Shown here: piece after piece, positions 1-10,267 of the stretch
How the letters are laid out: each line of letters starts with the position of its first letter
Numbering within the stretch: position 1 is the stretch's first letter
Virus record (IMG/VR): IMGVR_UViG_3300009011_000002
Coordinates: 124,001 to 188,000 of that record
DNA length: 64,000 nucleotides
Reading direction: 5' to 3' (one strand)
Made by a program: the position numbers and the translations under genes
Notes under the pieces: model-generated
What the model was told of the DNA's origin: nothing
Seen by the model: only the letters and a program-made list of their open reading frames with translations
The model's database searches: none

Positions 1-21
1 TACGGCATTCCGAAAGATAGA

Positions 22-261
22 CTACCTGGCCCATGGTGAGACATTCCTCGAAAGGCAGTTGGGATACTTCTGGTAGTAAGCCTCTGCCAAGGCGTCAGCG
101 TGCTGCTTGACCTGCATTGATGCCTGTTGCAAATCAGCAGCTTGGTGTTCATCAGTGGTGCACGCGCTGAGAGCAAGAAGACCCACTGCCCGGTCTTGAG
201 TCTGCTGAACGATATGAAGCTGTTGCATGCGAGCGCGCACTTCGGTTACGTTATTAGTCAC
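22..261 (-). CDS. hypothetical protein
   Basis: 79-aa ORF with GTG start and AGGAG RBS; part of the leftward gene run. Confidence 0.6.
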   Translation of the reverse strand: MTNNVTEVRARMQQLHIVQQTQDRAVGLLALSACTTDEHQAADLQQASMQVKQHADALAEAYYQKYPNCLSRNVSPWAR

Positions 262-294
262 TTACTGACTCCTTGTAAATGAAAGAGAGGTGGG

Positions 295-474
295 CTAATT
301 GTTTTGCCCGTAATAAACCGCATAGACAAGATACGACAGTATTAAACCAACGATGCTTGCCAATGCGTAAGTTGTAAATCCATTAACGAAATCACTGTAC
401 TCCTTGTGGGCCTTTCTGCGGTGTTCTCGAATCTCTTCGATACGCCGCTTCCGTTCCTCCGCGGAGTCTTGCAT
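295..474 (-). CDS. small membrane protein
   Basis: ATG at 474 overlaps the upstream TGA; C-terminal TM segment ALASIVGLILSYLVYAVYY. Confidence 0.6.
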   Translation of the reverse strand: MQDSAEERKRRIEEIREHRRKAHKEYSDFVNGFTTYALASIVGLILSYLVYAVYYGQNN

Positions 475-785
475 CAAACCACCCTGCACCCAATGTGGGC
501 TTTCAATTCCTCGTAGCTTTCCCACCCCCAAGGGGCGTCTTCAGGCTTACGAGGCGTGTAGTTAGGATCGGTCAGGAAGTTAAAGTAGCTACGACTACCC
601 GACCGGGTTAAGAAGAAACGATCCAGCTTGTGGTCATCGCTCACAGTGATCACGTAGACGCGACGCGAAAACTCAGAGTCATTAACCAACCCGAAGACCA
701 CCGAACCACCCAACTTCTGGTTGTCCTTGATCTCAAGCATGTCCACCAGGATCGGTTTCTTTTGGAGTTCTACCGGTGGGTACAT
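474..785 (-). CDS. hypothetical protein
   Basis: 103 aa; stop/start coupled with both neighbours. Confidence 0.65.
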   Translation of the reverse strand: MYPPVELQKKPILVDMLEIKDNQKLGGSVVFGLVNDSEFSRRVYVITVSDDHKLDRFFLTRSGSRSYFNFLTDPNYTPRKPEDAPWGWESYEELKAHIGCRVV

Positions 786-1075
786 CAGTCTTTCTTCCTT
801 TCTCTGATGACAAGGTTGTAGCCATTGAGCGCGTCACCATCAGTGATGATTTCGTAACCAATAGCCGCAGCTTCCTTATGCGCTTGTTCCGCCAACTCAG
901 TGGCTTTGATAACAGCCTTCTCACGCATGTACACAGTCCCTAACCCCGGCATGTCACGCATGGTGATGATACTCTGCCGCATCAGTTCCCCGATGTGACG
1001 AACAGCCGCTTCTGTTGCCACCGGGTTTTCCACCTTCTTGCGAGGGCGGTCGAACATGTTAATCACTTCACCCAT
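785..1075 (-). CDS. hypothetical protein
   Basis: 96 aa; coupled to neighbour. Confidence 0.65.
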   Translation of the reverse strand: MGEVINMFDRPRKKVENPVATEAAVRHIGELMRQSIITMRDMPGLGTVYMREKAVIKATELAEQAHKEAAAIGYEIITDGDALNGYNLVIRERKKD

Positions 1076-1078
1076 ACA

Positions 1079-1432
1079 TCACCCCGTAATTAACTCGTTA
1101 GAATGCGAGTCGCTAATACGATCAAACAAAGGACGCATGAATTCCTCCGTTGACCGCATGGTGCATTCTTCGAATTCTTCCATCTCCCACAGCACTGTCG
1201 GTAGATCGTCTTGATCCACTACGAAGAAAGGATACGTCTTCCCTTGGTGTTGGAGGAACATACAGAAACCCTTTACGTACTCGGTGGGTTTTGTGTTAGT
1301 CACCTTGTAGACGTCGAACAAGATATCCACTACCCAGGCAATGCCGATGAGTTTGACACCATCCACTTCAAACTCGATCATGTTTCCATCATCGGCTGGC
1401 GAAGGGAAGTGGTGGTTTTTGCCGATCGACAT
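1079..1432 (-). CDS. hypothetical protein
   Basis: likely start MSIGKN at 1432 after AAGGAG RBS. Confidence 0.6.
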   Translation of the reverse strand: MSIGKNHHFPSPADDGNMIEFEVDGVKLIGIAWVVDILFDVYKVTNTKPTEYVKGFCMFLQHQGKTYPFFVVDQDDLPTVLWEMEEFEECTMRSTEEFMRPLFDRISDSHSNELITG

Positions 1433-1640
1433 GGTTAACTCCTTGTTGATTGAAAAGCTTGTCATAGCGAGCTTTGATAATGTTCGCCTGCCGCAACAGC
1501 GCTTTGCTCTCCATTCGGAGGTCACGACGCTCATGGATGTTGTGAGAAGCACATGCCATGCGTGACAACCGACGAGCTTGTTTTTCAAGCTGGGTAATGC
1601 GGTGAGTCATCATATCTTTCAAGTGCTTCAAATGGTCCAT
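1389..1640 (-). CDS. hypothetical protein, first gene after an early promoter
   Basis: 83 aa, GGAG RBS, 55 nt downstream of the TATATTAC motif. Confidence 0.55.
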   Translation of the reverse strand: MDHLKHLKDMMTHRITQLEKQARRLSRMACASHNIHERRDLRMESKALLRQANIIKARYDKLFNQQGVNHVDRQKPPLPFASR

Positions 1641-1694
1641 GGTCGTTCTCCGATTAGTAGATAATAAGCGCCTTAATTTGTGGCATTCCTACAG

Positions 1695-1724
1695 GTAATA
1701 TAGGTTTCAAATCTACTGCAAATT
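1695..1724 (-). promoter_or_regulatory. phiKZ-type early (virion RNAP) promoter
   Basis: minus strand AATTTGCAGTAGATTTGAAACCTATATTAC; TATATTAC is the phiKZ early promoter core; motif recurs in intergenic gaps. Confidence 0.8.
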
Positions 1725-1836
1725 AAACGTCAATCGGCTCTAACAAATAGGACCCGCGGTAAATAAATAAGCGGAGCGGGTTATTTTATTTCGATTTTAT
1801 GTTGCACTCCCTTAAGCCACCCGGAACCTTAAAAAT

Positions 1837-2433
1837 ATGGCCCTTCCAAATGAAAAACTCTTTTTGGATCGGTTTGTCCTTTACAACAATGAACGCTACA
1901 AGGATGAACCCCGAATCGTAAACGCGCTCAACGCCTTGACCGTTGGCAACGTTGTGTTCTCCAACTACCGTAAGGTTCCGCTCGAAGATGGTTCCAGTGA
2001 GATGACTCACTTGGTGGACCTCGACCAGCCAGGGATCTTGATTGCACACGACCAGCAATATCTCCCGGCAGACTATGTCGAGAACGGCGCTTCCCAGGTA
2101 GCGGAAGTGGATCCTTTGGCGTTGGAAGAACTCCAAACCCGTAAGTTCGATGGTATCTACCGTCTCCAAGAGAGCGTAGAGCCACCGGCTCACATCGGGG
2201 CGGTTCTGGTGCTGAAAGGGGAGAAGACAGCTGAGAACATTCGGCTGGTAGTGAAGGAGAACTGCTTCTTCATGCTGGACGACGAGGAGATTGTCATTGA
2301 CGACGAACTCACTCTCGTGACCATTGATTCCCACACCGTTGTGGGTGTCTTGCAGATCGTCGAAGGTATTTACGCTCGTGGTGAGCCGATCTACGACGGT
2401 ACCTACAACTACGACGGTACGATCACGTACTAA
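1837..2433 (+). CDS. putative virion/tail protein, paralog of 19941..20549
   Basis: 198 aa; C-terminal YDGTYNYDG repeats typical of tail proteins; directly upstream of the fibre gene. Confidence 0.65.
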   Translation: MALPNEKLFLDRFVLYNNERYKDEPRIVNALNALTVGNVVFSNYRKVPLEDGSSEMTHLVDLDQPGILIAHDQQYLPADYVENGASQVAEVDPLALEELQTRKFDGIYRLQESVEPPAHIGAVLVLKGEKTAENIRLVVKENCFFMLDDEEIVIDDELTLVTIDSHTVVGVLQIVEGIYARGEPIYDGTYNYDGTITY

Positions 2434-2459
2434 AACTCGCTTATCAAGGTAAAGAGATC

Positions 2460-5400
2460 ATGGCGAATATTGAAGAAGAAAGTGTCTTCCCCGAAGAAAT
2501 CCCGCTTATCGAGCGGGGTGAGAAAGTCGAAGGTGGTGTGGCTGGTGCTTCCAACCGCGCACTGATCCTGTTTGCCATGCGTACTCGCTGGCTGAAAGAC
2601 CAGCTGGAAGCCCTGGCTATCAACGGTCTGGACATGAAGGGTACTCTTCCCGATGAAGAAGCTCTGCTGGCCATCGATACCGAAGACCTTGCCCGCGGTA
2701 CCGCCTACGTCGTTGATTTCGCAATGCGCGTCTGGAACGGCACTGAATGGGCGAGCTCGGGTTCGCTGCGCGGTGCGCGTGGTCTGAACATCCTGGGTCG
2801 TTGGCCAACCAATAGCGATCTGCCTGTTGCGGAAGATCAAGAACTGGGTGACGCCTTCCTGTGGCGCAACGACGTTTGGGTGCTGACCCCCGATGGTTGG
2901 GAAGCTCTCAACATTCGTGGTGCTGACGGCAAAAGCGCTTTCGACGTCTGGTTGGAAATCCCAGGCAACGAAGGTAAGACCGAGGAAGAATTCGTCGAAG
3001 CCATCAAAGGCCCCGTCGGTGACTCCTTCCTGGATTCCTGGTTGGCACTTCCCGGTAACGAGGGTAAAGACCTCGATGACCTGATGGAAGCGCTGAAAGG
3101 TCCTCAGGGTGACGTGCGTCCTGCCTTCGCAGTGAAAGGCACCAAGCCAACCGCTGAAGATCTGCCACAACCTGGTGTTCAAGGCGACGCCTGGTACGTA
3201 GGCCTCGACCTGTACTTCTGGGTCGAAGAAGACGCCAGCTACTCGATGATCCCAGGTATCGGCGGTAAATCCGCCTTCGAGATCTGGAAAGAGAACGGCC
3301 ATCCAGACGGCACCATGGAAGAGTTCCTCGAATCCATGATGGGTGGCGAAGGCATCCTGATGAAGGGGCGTCTGGCTGACGAGGAAGCACTCGCAGCTAT
3401 CGATACCACCAACCTGAAACTGGGTACTTCCTACTTCGTCGATTTCGCGATGCGTGTATGGAACGGTACCGAGTGGAGTAGCTCGGGTTCCCTGCGTGGT
3501 GAGCGTGGTATCAACCTGCTGGGTAGCTGGCCAACTGGTAGCGACCTGCCGGTCCGTGACGACTACATCGTAGGTGACGCGTTCCTGTGGCGCAACGATA
3601 TCTGGATCCTCCTGCCTGAACCTGAGGGTTGGGAGTCCATGAACATCCGTGGTGCGGATGGTCGTTCGGCGTTGGAAGTATGGCAAGCCATCGAAGGCAA
3701 CGAGGGTAAAGACGAAGAAGACTTCTTCGAAGCCCTGCGTGGCCCTGCTGGTCTGTCGGCTTTCGCTGAGTGGCAGACCTTCCCGGGCAACAAGGACAAG
3801 CCGTACTCCGAGTTCCAAGAGACCATTCGTGGTCCTCAAGGTAACCCACGTGCTCCGTTCGAAGTAGCTGGTAGCGTTCCCAACGTTGGCGCTCTGCCAA
3901 CCCCTGGCGATGCAGCCAAAGCCTACTACATCGACCGTGACCTGCATGTGTGGGTGGAAGACACCCAGAGCTACTTCGTCATTCCTGGTCTGGCCGGTAA
4001 ATCGGCGTTTGAAGTATACACTTCGATCCCAGGTAACGAAGACAAGACCCTGGGCGAATTCTGGGAGTCGCTGCGTGGCCCTCAAGGTGAGAACGTCAAG
4101 GGCGATCCTGGTAAAGACGGTGCCAACCTGAACGTGCTGGGTCAAGTTGCAAATCGTGATGCACTGGACGATCTGCAAGACGTCAAAGACCAAGACGCCT
4201 ACAGCCTGGCTGACACCGGCCACCTGTGGATCTACTCCACTGAGAAAGGCGGGTGGGTTGACGCCGGTCCTTACCGTGGCGTGGATGGTAAATCCGCCTT
4301 CGAGATCTGGAAAGAACAGCCAGGTAACGAAGACGGTACTGTTGCTCAGTTCTTGGCTGCACTGAAAGGTAAAGACGGTACCAGCGTCAAGATCCTGGAT
4401 GTGTTCGACGAGCTGTCGGAACTTCCTACCGGTGCTGCTGAACAAGACACCTACGCTGTCCGTGAAACCCGGTCGATCTACACTTGGTTGAACGGTGCCT
4501 GGGCTAGCCTCGGTACGTTCGGTAAAGATGGTGCGGACGGTAAAGACGGTAAGTCGCTGGATATCATCAAAATCCTCACCGAGGACGACGATGCCATCCC
4601 AGCAGCTGACAATACCAGTCTCGGTAAGGCTTACGTCGACTTGGACAAAAACGTCTTCGTCAACATCGCCAACAGCTGGGTAAACGCCGGTAAGTTCACC
4701 GGTGAGCAAGGTGAGATCGGTCTGCCAGGTCATAACCTGCGCCCGAAAGGCACCATCGAATCGGTAAACCAACTGCCTAACCCTGCACTGGAAGGTGTGG
4801 AAGAAGGCGACGCCTACGTCATTGCCAGCACCAAGCTGATGTACGTGCTGGTGGACGGTCTGTGGAATGGTCCGTTCGACTTCATCGGCCCAGAAGGTAA
4901 GGACGGCCCTCAGGGTGCTCCTGGTGCGTTGATGCCTATTAAAGGTACCTTCGTATCCATGACTGCATTGCAGGCCGCACACCCTACTGGTGAGCTCGGT
5001 GACGCGTACATGCTCATCGACCCATCCGCTCAACCAGAACCACTGCGTAACCTGGCTATCTGGTCTCCAGAACAAGCCACGTGGGTCGACACCGGTCCTG
5101 CCGGTATCCGTGGTGAGAAAGGTGAACCTGGTAAGGATTCTACTGTACCGGGTGTCAAAGGTGACAAGGGCAGCCAGTGGCTGATTCTCGATGAAGTTGA
5201 TGAGCCGTCCAACACCTTCAACGGTCGCGTAGGCGACTGGTGTGTTACCCGTGGCATGAAGGTGTACTACAAGTCGCCTACCGGTTGGCAGTACTGGGGT
5301 ATGTTGATGGCGGGTGATGTCAACTCGCCGCTGCGTAGCCTGGGTAAGGTCGTGCGTTGGGGTACCGAGTGGGTCGCTCTCCCGGTTGATGAAGTTGAAG

Positions 5401-6050
5401 CACCAGAAGCTGGCATGTTCTACGCCCGTATTCTGAAAGAGGGTTCTCTGGATGAAACCGAGTGGGGCGTGGTCGAATTCCCGAAAGGGATCGAAGATCT
5501 ACTCACCGATGATGGCAAACAATACGTTCGCGTATTCGCTGCTGACGGGGAAACCCCAATCTGGGCAGAGCTCGATATCAGCGACCAGCTGGAAGGCTTC
5601 ATCAAAGACCCAGAAGGTGCTGCGGCTAACACCCTGTGGCTGCGTGCCGCCGGTGAGAAAACCTGGATCGAGTACAAGAAGGCGCCTACCACTACTGGCC
5701 TGCAGTTCCTCCAAATCGGCGGTGAGTGGAAGTCCTTCGACCGTTACGACTTGCTGATCAAAACGGCTAACGCCACTCTCACTATCAACCCTAGCGTCGA
5801 ACAATTCGTGAAACTGGATAACTCCGGTGCCACGGCCAAGGTCGTTAGCATCAACAACCACGGCGCCACTCGTGGCATGTGCGTGGTGTTGGAAGTGGTG
5901 GGTGTGGTTGGTGCGATCAGCTACGGCGGTACCAACATCAGGTGGGATCAGAACACCATCCCTAGCTTGACTGGTACCAAGAACCTCATCCTGTTCACCT
6001 GGGATGGCGATGTCTGGATCGGTTCCAAAGGTCCTGGTCTGCTCAACTAA
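2460..6050 (+). CDS. long collagen-like repeat tail (or head) fibre protein
   Basis: 1196 aa; N-terminal tail-fibre motif (IERGEKVEGG..SN..RTRWLK); G-X-Y triplets; repeated GKSAFEIW..GNEGK..EEF and GDAY...W...W...G modules. Confidence 0.85.
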   Translation: MANIEEESVFPEEIPLIERGEKVEGGVAGASNRALILFAMRTRWLKDQLEALAINGLDMKGTLPDEEALLAIDTEDLARGTAYVVDFAMRVWNGTEWASSGSLRGARGLNILGRWPTNSDLPVAEDQELGDAFLWRNDVWVLTPDGWEALNIRGADGKSAFDVWLEIPGNEGKTEEEFVEAIKGPVGDSFLDSWLALPGNEGKDLDDLMEALKGPQGDVRPAFAVKGTKPTAEDLPQPGVQGDAWYVGLDLYFWVEEDASYSMIPGIGGKSAFEIWKENGHPDGTMEEFLESMMGGEGILMKGRLADEEALAAIDTTNLKLGTSYFVDFAMRVWNGTEWSSSGSLRGERGINLLGSWPTGSDLPVRDDYIVGDAFLWRNDIWILLPEPEGWESMNIRGADGRSALEVWQAIEGNEGKDEEDFFEALRGPAGLSAFAEWQTFPGNKDKPYSEFQETIRGPQGNPRAPFEVAGSVPNVGALPTPGDAAKAYYIDRDLHVWVEDTQSYFVIPGLAGKSAFEVYTSIPGNEDKTLGEFWESLRGPQGENVKGDPGKDGANLNVLGQVANRDALDDLQDVKDQDAYSLADTGHLWIYSTEKGGWVDAGPYRGVDGKSAFEIWKEQPGNEDGTVAQFLAALKGKDGTSVKILDVFDELSELPTGAAEQDTYAVRETRSIYTWLNGAWASLGTFGKDGADGKDGKSLDIIKILTEDDDAIPAADNTSLGKAYVDLDKNVFVNIANSWVNAGKFTGEQGEIGLPGHNLRPKGTIESVNQLPNPALEGVEEGDAYVIASTKLMYVLVDGLWNGPFDFIGPEGKDGPQGAPGALMPIKGTFVSMTALQAAHPTGELGDAYMLIDPSAQPEPLRNLAIWSPEQATWVDTGPAGIRGEKGEPGKDSTVPGVKGDKGSQWLILDEVDEPSNTFNGRVGDWCVTRGMKVYYKSPTGWQYWGMLMAGDVNSPLRSLGKVVRWGTEWVALPVDEVEAPEAGMFYARILKEGSLDETEWGVVEFPKGIEDLLTDDGKQYVRVFAADGETPIWAELDISDQLEGFIKDPEGAAANTLWLRAAGEKTWIEYKKAPTTTGLQFLQIGGEWKSFDRYDLLIKTANATLTINPSVEQFVKLDNSGATAKVVSINNHGATRGMCVVLEVVGVVGAISYGGTNIRWDQNTIPSLTGTKNLILFTWDGDVWIGSKGPGLLN
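2634..3683 (+). repeat. internal ~105-aa duplication in the fibre gene (about 2634-2950 vs 3360-3683)
   Basis: MKG.L.DEEAL.AIDT...VDFAMRVWNGTEW.SSGSLRG...GDAFLWRND.W...IRGADG.SA occurs twice. Confidence 0.9.
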
Positions 6051-6099
6051 GTAGGTTGGGGGTAGTAACCCTACCCCCGCCTTAACACAAGAGGTTTCT

Positions 6100-6756
6100 A
6101 TGACCATTGTAACTGCAAACACCCGCTTGATCTATGCGGAAACGGGCGAATACCCAGTGTTCCTCAGCCAAATGGGTTCCCGTTTGGTTGGTTCGTTCGG
6201 TGAACAAACCGAATCGGATCTGTTGGAAGAGTTCGGCTACCATGTGGTGGTTGACACTCCTGTTCCAACAGGTGATGTTGTCATCGAGGGTGCTCCTGAG
6301 CTGGTAGATGACGAATGGCGTCGTACCTACATCGTGCGTGCCTTCGACGAGATGGAAGTAAGTGCCCAGCTGTCCAGCGAGCGTGCTCAACATCTGTCCA
6401 ACATTGAACAGTTCCGGATCACCAATTTCGAAAAAGGTTTTCCTTGTCTGTTCAACGGCGGTACTGATCTTTACTACGTTCAAATCCGTAATAAGGATCT
6501 GACCTTCATCACCGCACTGCGTGTACTGGCCAAGGAAGCACTCGAAGAAGCTACTCCATTCAGTGTGGACTTCCGCGTATACGAAGACGTAGGGGTAACC
6601 CTGGATGCAGAAGAAGTAGTGCGCGTGTCGAACCTGGCTAACTTGCACGTTCAAGAAGGCATGCGTAAGTACTGGGACCTGAAAGACGCTACCAAGGTAG
6701 CGACCAGTAAGGAAGCATTCCCGGAGATCCCTGCCGAGATGTTTGAACTGAAATAG
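6100..6756 (+). CDS. tail fibre assembly/chaperone-like protein (DUF4376-like)
   Basis: 218 aa directly after the fibre; C-terminal pattern ERAQHL..F..GF..QIRNKD..LDAEEV resembles DUF4376. Confidence 0.6.
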   Translation: MTIVTANTRLIYAETGEYPVFLSQMGSRLVGSFGEQTESDLLEEFGYHVVVDTPVPTGDVVIEGAPELVDDEWRRTYIVRAFDEMEVSAQLSSERAQHLSNIEQFRITNFEKGFPCLFNGGTDLYYVQIRNKDLTFITALRVLAKEALEEATPFSVDFRVYEDVGVTLDAEEVVRVSNLANLHVQEGMRKYWDLKDATKVATSKEAFPEIPAEMFELK

Positions 6757-6776
6757 CCCATCACTCCGTACCAAAA

Positions 6777-6810
6777 TAAGGAGCTAGGTGGGCACCCACC
6801 TAGCTCCTTA
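6777..6810 (+). other. perfect 15-bp intergenic hairpin
   Basis: TAAGGAGCTAGGTGG-GCAC-CCACCTAGCTCCTTA immediately before the next RBS. Confidence 0.7.
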
Positions 6811-6822
6811 GAGGGTTTTTGT

Positions 6823-8847
6823 ATGATTGAAGCATTATTACCACGGAAAAGTGATATTTACCCTTGGCCGGGTGATCAGTACTTAGGCGAAGTTACCAGC
6901 GCTAATTTCATTGATGGTGTCGCTTTGGCATCATTGTTGGGATTAACCAGTGGCCTGGTCTCTAACAGTGACGCAGGCTGGTTGAAGTTTAAAAAGCAAG
7001 AAGGCGAAACCCTCCTTGTTGCTAAGAAAACTTTACGCTACCGTTTGTCGTGGAACCAGCTAGAAGCAGCGCTGATCATGTACGGCGAACGTTTGATTAG
7101 CATTCAGGGTAATACCTACAAGGTACGGTTGTTGCGAGGGGCTGAGAAAGACCCTAGTGATTGGCGTACGTCGATGTCACAGGACAACCCTCCAGAAGCG
7201 GCACCGTCTGAGTGGAACCGTTTGATCCACCGGGTGGCTGTGGGTAACCCCGGATTGGCACCGAACTTTGCCACATTTCCTTTGACGGACTTGAGCATTG
7301 CAGTGTCTGCTACAGGGCGTATGACCCTGTGCCAAGAAGCCCTCTCCGAGAACACTGGTAACGCAGTTGCTCGGGGTAACACCAGCCTGTCAATATTCAA
7401 CTACGTGCTCAAATCTGATGGTGCTGCATCGTCTGCGCAGGATCATTACGGTTGGCGGCCCGTGTTGGAACTCGTAGGTCCTACCAAGTACTACCCAGGC
7501 TCTGGACCTGGTAGCAAGACGTTAGCGTTTGGTAATGAGCAGCTCGGTTTCTTCGGTGAAGTGGCTGCTTCAGAGATGGTAACCAACACCCAGTTGAAAA
7601 CACACTTGGGTCATGCGGCAGGTACTGCTCGTGCTGATCAAGGGTGGTTAAAGTTCTTCTATAAAGGCAAGGTTATCTTCATCGGGAAAAACACCTATTG
7701 CTCTGGGTTGACGTGGAACAACCTGTATGCAGCTGGTGGTATTTACGGAACCAACGACAATGGCAAGTACCCAGCAGCTACTCCAGTAAATCAGTACAAA
7801 CCACTGACCTGGAATAGCGAGAACAAAGTATTCAGGTTAATTCCTCGCGCCACGACCATGTCGGCTGACCCGTTTGAAAACGGTGACCCGGTTACTTCGG
7901 ATAACGAGTACTCTGACCTGCTGGGTCGGTTGATGGTAAACGTCGCGTTCCCGGGGAGTGGTCAGTGGGGGCGGTACACCGCAGCACAGCTCAACATGCA
8001 CATTGTTCATATGGGTCCTGGTACTCGCGGCTCTGCTCCTACCTATGCGGCAATCCGTGGTTATACTGGTGGTACTAACTACACCAGTTTGCTGAGCCTT
8101 ACTAAGGCAGATGCCAGCGGGTACAACCAACACTTCCGGATGACCTTAGTGGTTGAAGGTGACCCTAACGTTGAACCTATCTCAAGTAACTGGAGCGACT
8201 CCTTTACTTTTGATCCAGGTAGCAGCGGAGTTTCTCTTAGCGGGAAAACCAACGTTACTTCTGGTGTCATTCGAGAAGAGCCACCGTCCATCGGCGACGT
8301 AACAGTGTCCTTGCCGCTTGGTAACTTGGACAACATTACCTGGGAGTTTGATCAACCGCTTGATTTGTCGGCGCGTGACTGGACCCTTGAATGGTCTTCT
8401 CGTAACGAGGCTAGCGTACTGGCAGGTTACGTAGCGGATACCGCCTTGTTGTCTACGGCTGGTTTAGAAGCTGTTTGCGCACGCTATGGTAACTCTGGGT
8501 ATGGCGATCGTTTCCAGTTAGGTGGCAACATGGCTACGTCGGCAGTGGTCTGGAACAGTCGGTTTACTAAATCAGCTGTTAACGGGGTACTGAAAAACTA
8601 CGCGTTGGTTTCGGTTGCTGGGCAGATCTCTCTGTACGTCGATGGCGTGAAAGAGATGTTGGCCAACGGAACAAGTTCGAACTACACTGCAGCCTCGTTT
8701 GCTTCTAACGCTTCCCTGACCGCAGTTAAGTATATCAGATTGGGTGGTTACGGTGCAAACGCCATTACCATGCCAGCGAAACGTGGTAAAGCACGGTTCA
8801 GTCTGTTTGCTCGTTATAGCGACAACTACACACCAACCCCTTTCTAG
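6823..8847 (+). CDS. virion protein: two paralog-family domains plus C-terminal LamG/ConA-like lectin domain
   Basis: two GEV..GWLKF..W..L domains; C-terminal DWTLEW..ISLYVDG..RFS..ARY..YTP pattern. Confidence 0.7.
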   Translation: MIEALLPRKSDIYPWPGDQYLGEVTSANFIDGVALASLLGLTSGLVSNSDAGWLKFKKQEGETLLVAKKTLRYRLSWNQLEAALIMYGERLISIQGNTYKVRLLRGAEKDPSDWRTSMSQDNPPEAAPSEWNRLIHRVAVGNPGLAPNFATFPLTDLSIAVSATGRMTLCQEALSENTGNAVARGNTSLSIFNYVLKSDGAASSAQDHYGWRPVLELVGPTKYYPGSGPGSKTLAFGNEQLGFFGEVAASEMVTNTQLKTHLGHAAGTARADQGWLKFFYKGKVIFIGKNTYCSGLTWNNLYAAGGIYGTNDNGKYPAATPVNQYKPLTWNSENKVFRLIPRATTMSADPFENGDPVTSDNEYSDLLGRLMVNVAFPGSGQWGRYTAAQLNMHIVHMGPGTRGSAPTYAAIRGYTGGTNYTSLLSLTKADASGYNQHFRMTLVVEGDPNVEPISSNWSDSFTFDPGSSGVSLSGKTNVTSGVIREEPPSIGDVTVSLPLGNLDNITWEFDQPLDLSARDWTLEWSSRNEASVLAGYVADTALLSTAGLEAVCARYGNSGYGDRFQLGGNMATSAVVWNSRFTKSAVNGVLKNYALVSVAGQISLYVDGVKEMLANGTSSNYTAASFASNASLTAVKYIRLGGYGANAITMPAKRGKARFSLFARYSDNYTPTPF

Positions 8848-8852
8848 GATAA

Positions 8853-9320
8853 ATGAGTATGAGCACATTCACGCGTTTCAGTGCAGAAGAACAGTTGGTT
8901 TACCAGCGGAGTCTTAGCCACGTAGTAGGGAAAGCGTTGTATGCTGCTCTACCTGGTTATCGCTACTACATTGGATCGGAGGACTCTAACCGCTGGGTAG
9001 ACGTGGAGACCGGGTTTATTACTGACGGTGCAACCATCCCACGGATATTCTGGTGGTTACTCCCGCCAATCGAAGAGTATACCCAGTGTACTACTTTGCA
9101 TGACAAGCTGTGCACCACGTACTACATCATTGAAATGCGCGATGGTGTGGAATACCAGGTACCAGTTACCCGTGCAGAGATCGACGAGATTCTGAAAGAG
9201 TCCATGGACGTGTTGGAAGTGACCCCATGGAAGAAGAAGTTTATTATGTTCGGGGTTAACTTAAACCGACTGATCAAGAAACCAACTAAGCCAAAACCAG
9301 TCTACTCTTTGGCTGCATAA
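8853..9320 (+). CDS. DUF1353-family protein
   Basis: GFITDGATIPRIFW..P...LHD motif. Confidence 0.75.
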   Translation: MSMSTFTRFSAEEQLVYQRSLSHVVGKALYAALPGYRYYIGSEDSNRWVDVETGFITDGATIPRIFWWLLPPIEEYTQCTTLHDKLCTTYYIIEMRDGVEYQVPVTRAEIDEILKESMDVLEVTPWKKKFIMFGVNLNRLIKKPTKPKPVYSLAA

Positions 9321-9335
9321 GGCTGGAGTGAAGAC

Positions 9336-10262
9336 ATGATTGAATTATTGAATCACCGCAATAAAGTAAGGGGCGGTCCCCAAGAAAGTGGCGAACAGTT
9401 GGTCTGGACATCGGCCCCAACGGAACCGGAACGCATCGGCCACAGTTTATTAGTTGTGGGGGATGAAATGTTTATGGCGGGCGGTCTCAACGGCAGCGGG
9501 GCCTATCCAACCACTTTCCAAAAATATAATTTCCTTACCAAACAATGGGCCGTGCTGGCGCCGTTACCTACTACTGGGTTGCGTTATTCTGCTTTGATTG
9601 CGGTTAATGGTGACATTCGACCAGTTGGGTTGAGTAACCGTAAAGAAGCATATGCGTTAACAGGAAACGCTTGGCGCTCTTTAGGAACAGCCCCTGAATG
9701 GGTTTGCTACGGATATATTTCTGGTTGGTACAACGGTAAATTTTATCAGATTGGCGGAGATGGAACAACTGTAAACGGTGTCACGAGGACTAGACAAACT
9801 TTCGCTGAATGGGATCCTGCCACAGATAAATGGACAACATTACCAAATATACCTTTCCCCTCGATGTATGCAGTTGGCGGCGTTGTTGGTAATAAATTCT
9901 GGGTTTATGGGGGTAACGGAACATTGGCCGGGACCCCGTATATGTGGACTTACGACTTCATTACCAAAGTCTGGTCACGAGGACCTATGCATCCAAGTGG
10001 GCAGAGTCGCGCACAAGCGTTCAGCGGTAGTCTAGGTAATCGAATAATTGTTGGTGGTGGAACTGATGCAGTAAATGGCCGGTCCAAAGAAGTTTATGTT
10101 TTCGACTTAGACACAATGGGTTGGGAACGCCTCAAGGATTTAGAATCTGGTATTAGCGCGACATGTGCTGTTGTGTACGATGACAAGATTTGGGTGCACG
10201 GAGGACAGGCTACTGCTGGTATCCTCAGTAAGTTTTTCTCCTACGATATCAAAAGGAGTTAA
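9336..10262 (+). CDS. Kelch-repeat beta-propeller protein (putative virion/receptor-binding)
   Basis: repeated hhGG...YD..T..W Kelch blades. Confidence 0.85.
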   Translation: MIELLNHRNKVRGGPQESGEQLVWTSAPTEPERIGHSLLVVGDEMFMAGGLNGSGAYPTTFQKYNFLTKQWAVLAPLPTTGLRYSALIAVNGDIRPVGLSNRKEAYALTGNAWRSLGTAPEWVCYGYISGWYNGKFYQIGGDGTTVNGVTRTRQTFAEWDPATDKWTTLPNIPFPSMYAVGGVVGNKFWVYGGNGTLAGTPYMWTYDFITKVWSRGPMHPSGQSRAQAFSGSLGNRIIVGGGTDAVNGRSKEVYVFDLDTMGWERLKDLESGISATCAVVYDDKIWVHGGQATAGILSKFFSYDIKRS

Positions 10263-10267
10263 CAAAC

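Noticed and set aside
1770-1780. AGCGGAGCGG shared with 30489
   Set aside because: A 10-bp match at two sites in different structural contexts is compatible with chance.
2430-5075. 881-aa minus-strand ORF
   Set aside because: Antisense shadow of the codon-biased fibre gene; no recognisable motifs or RBS.
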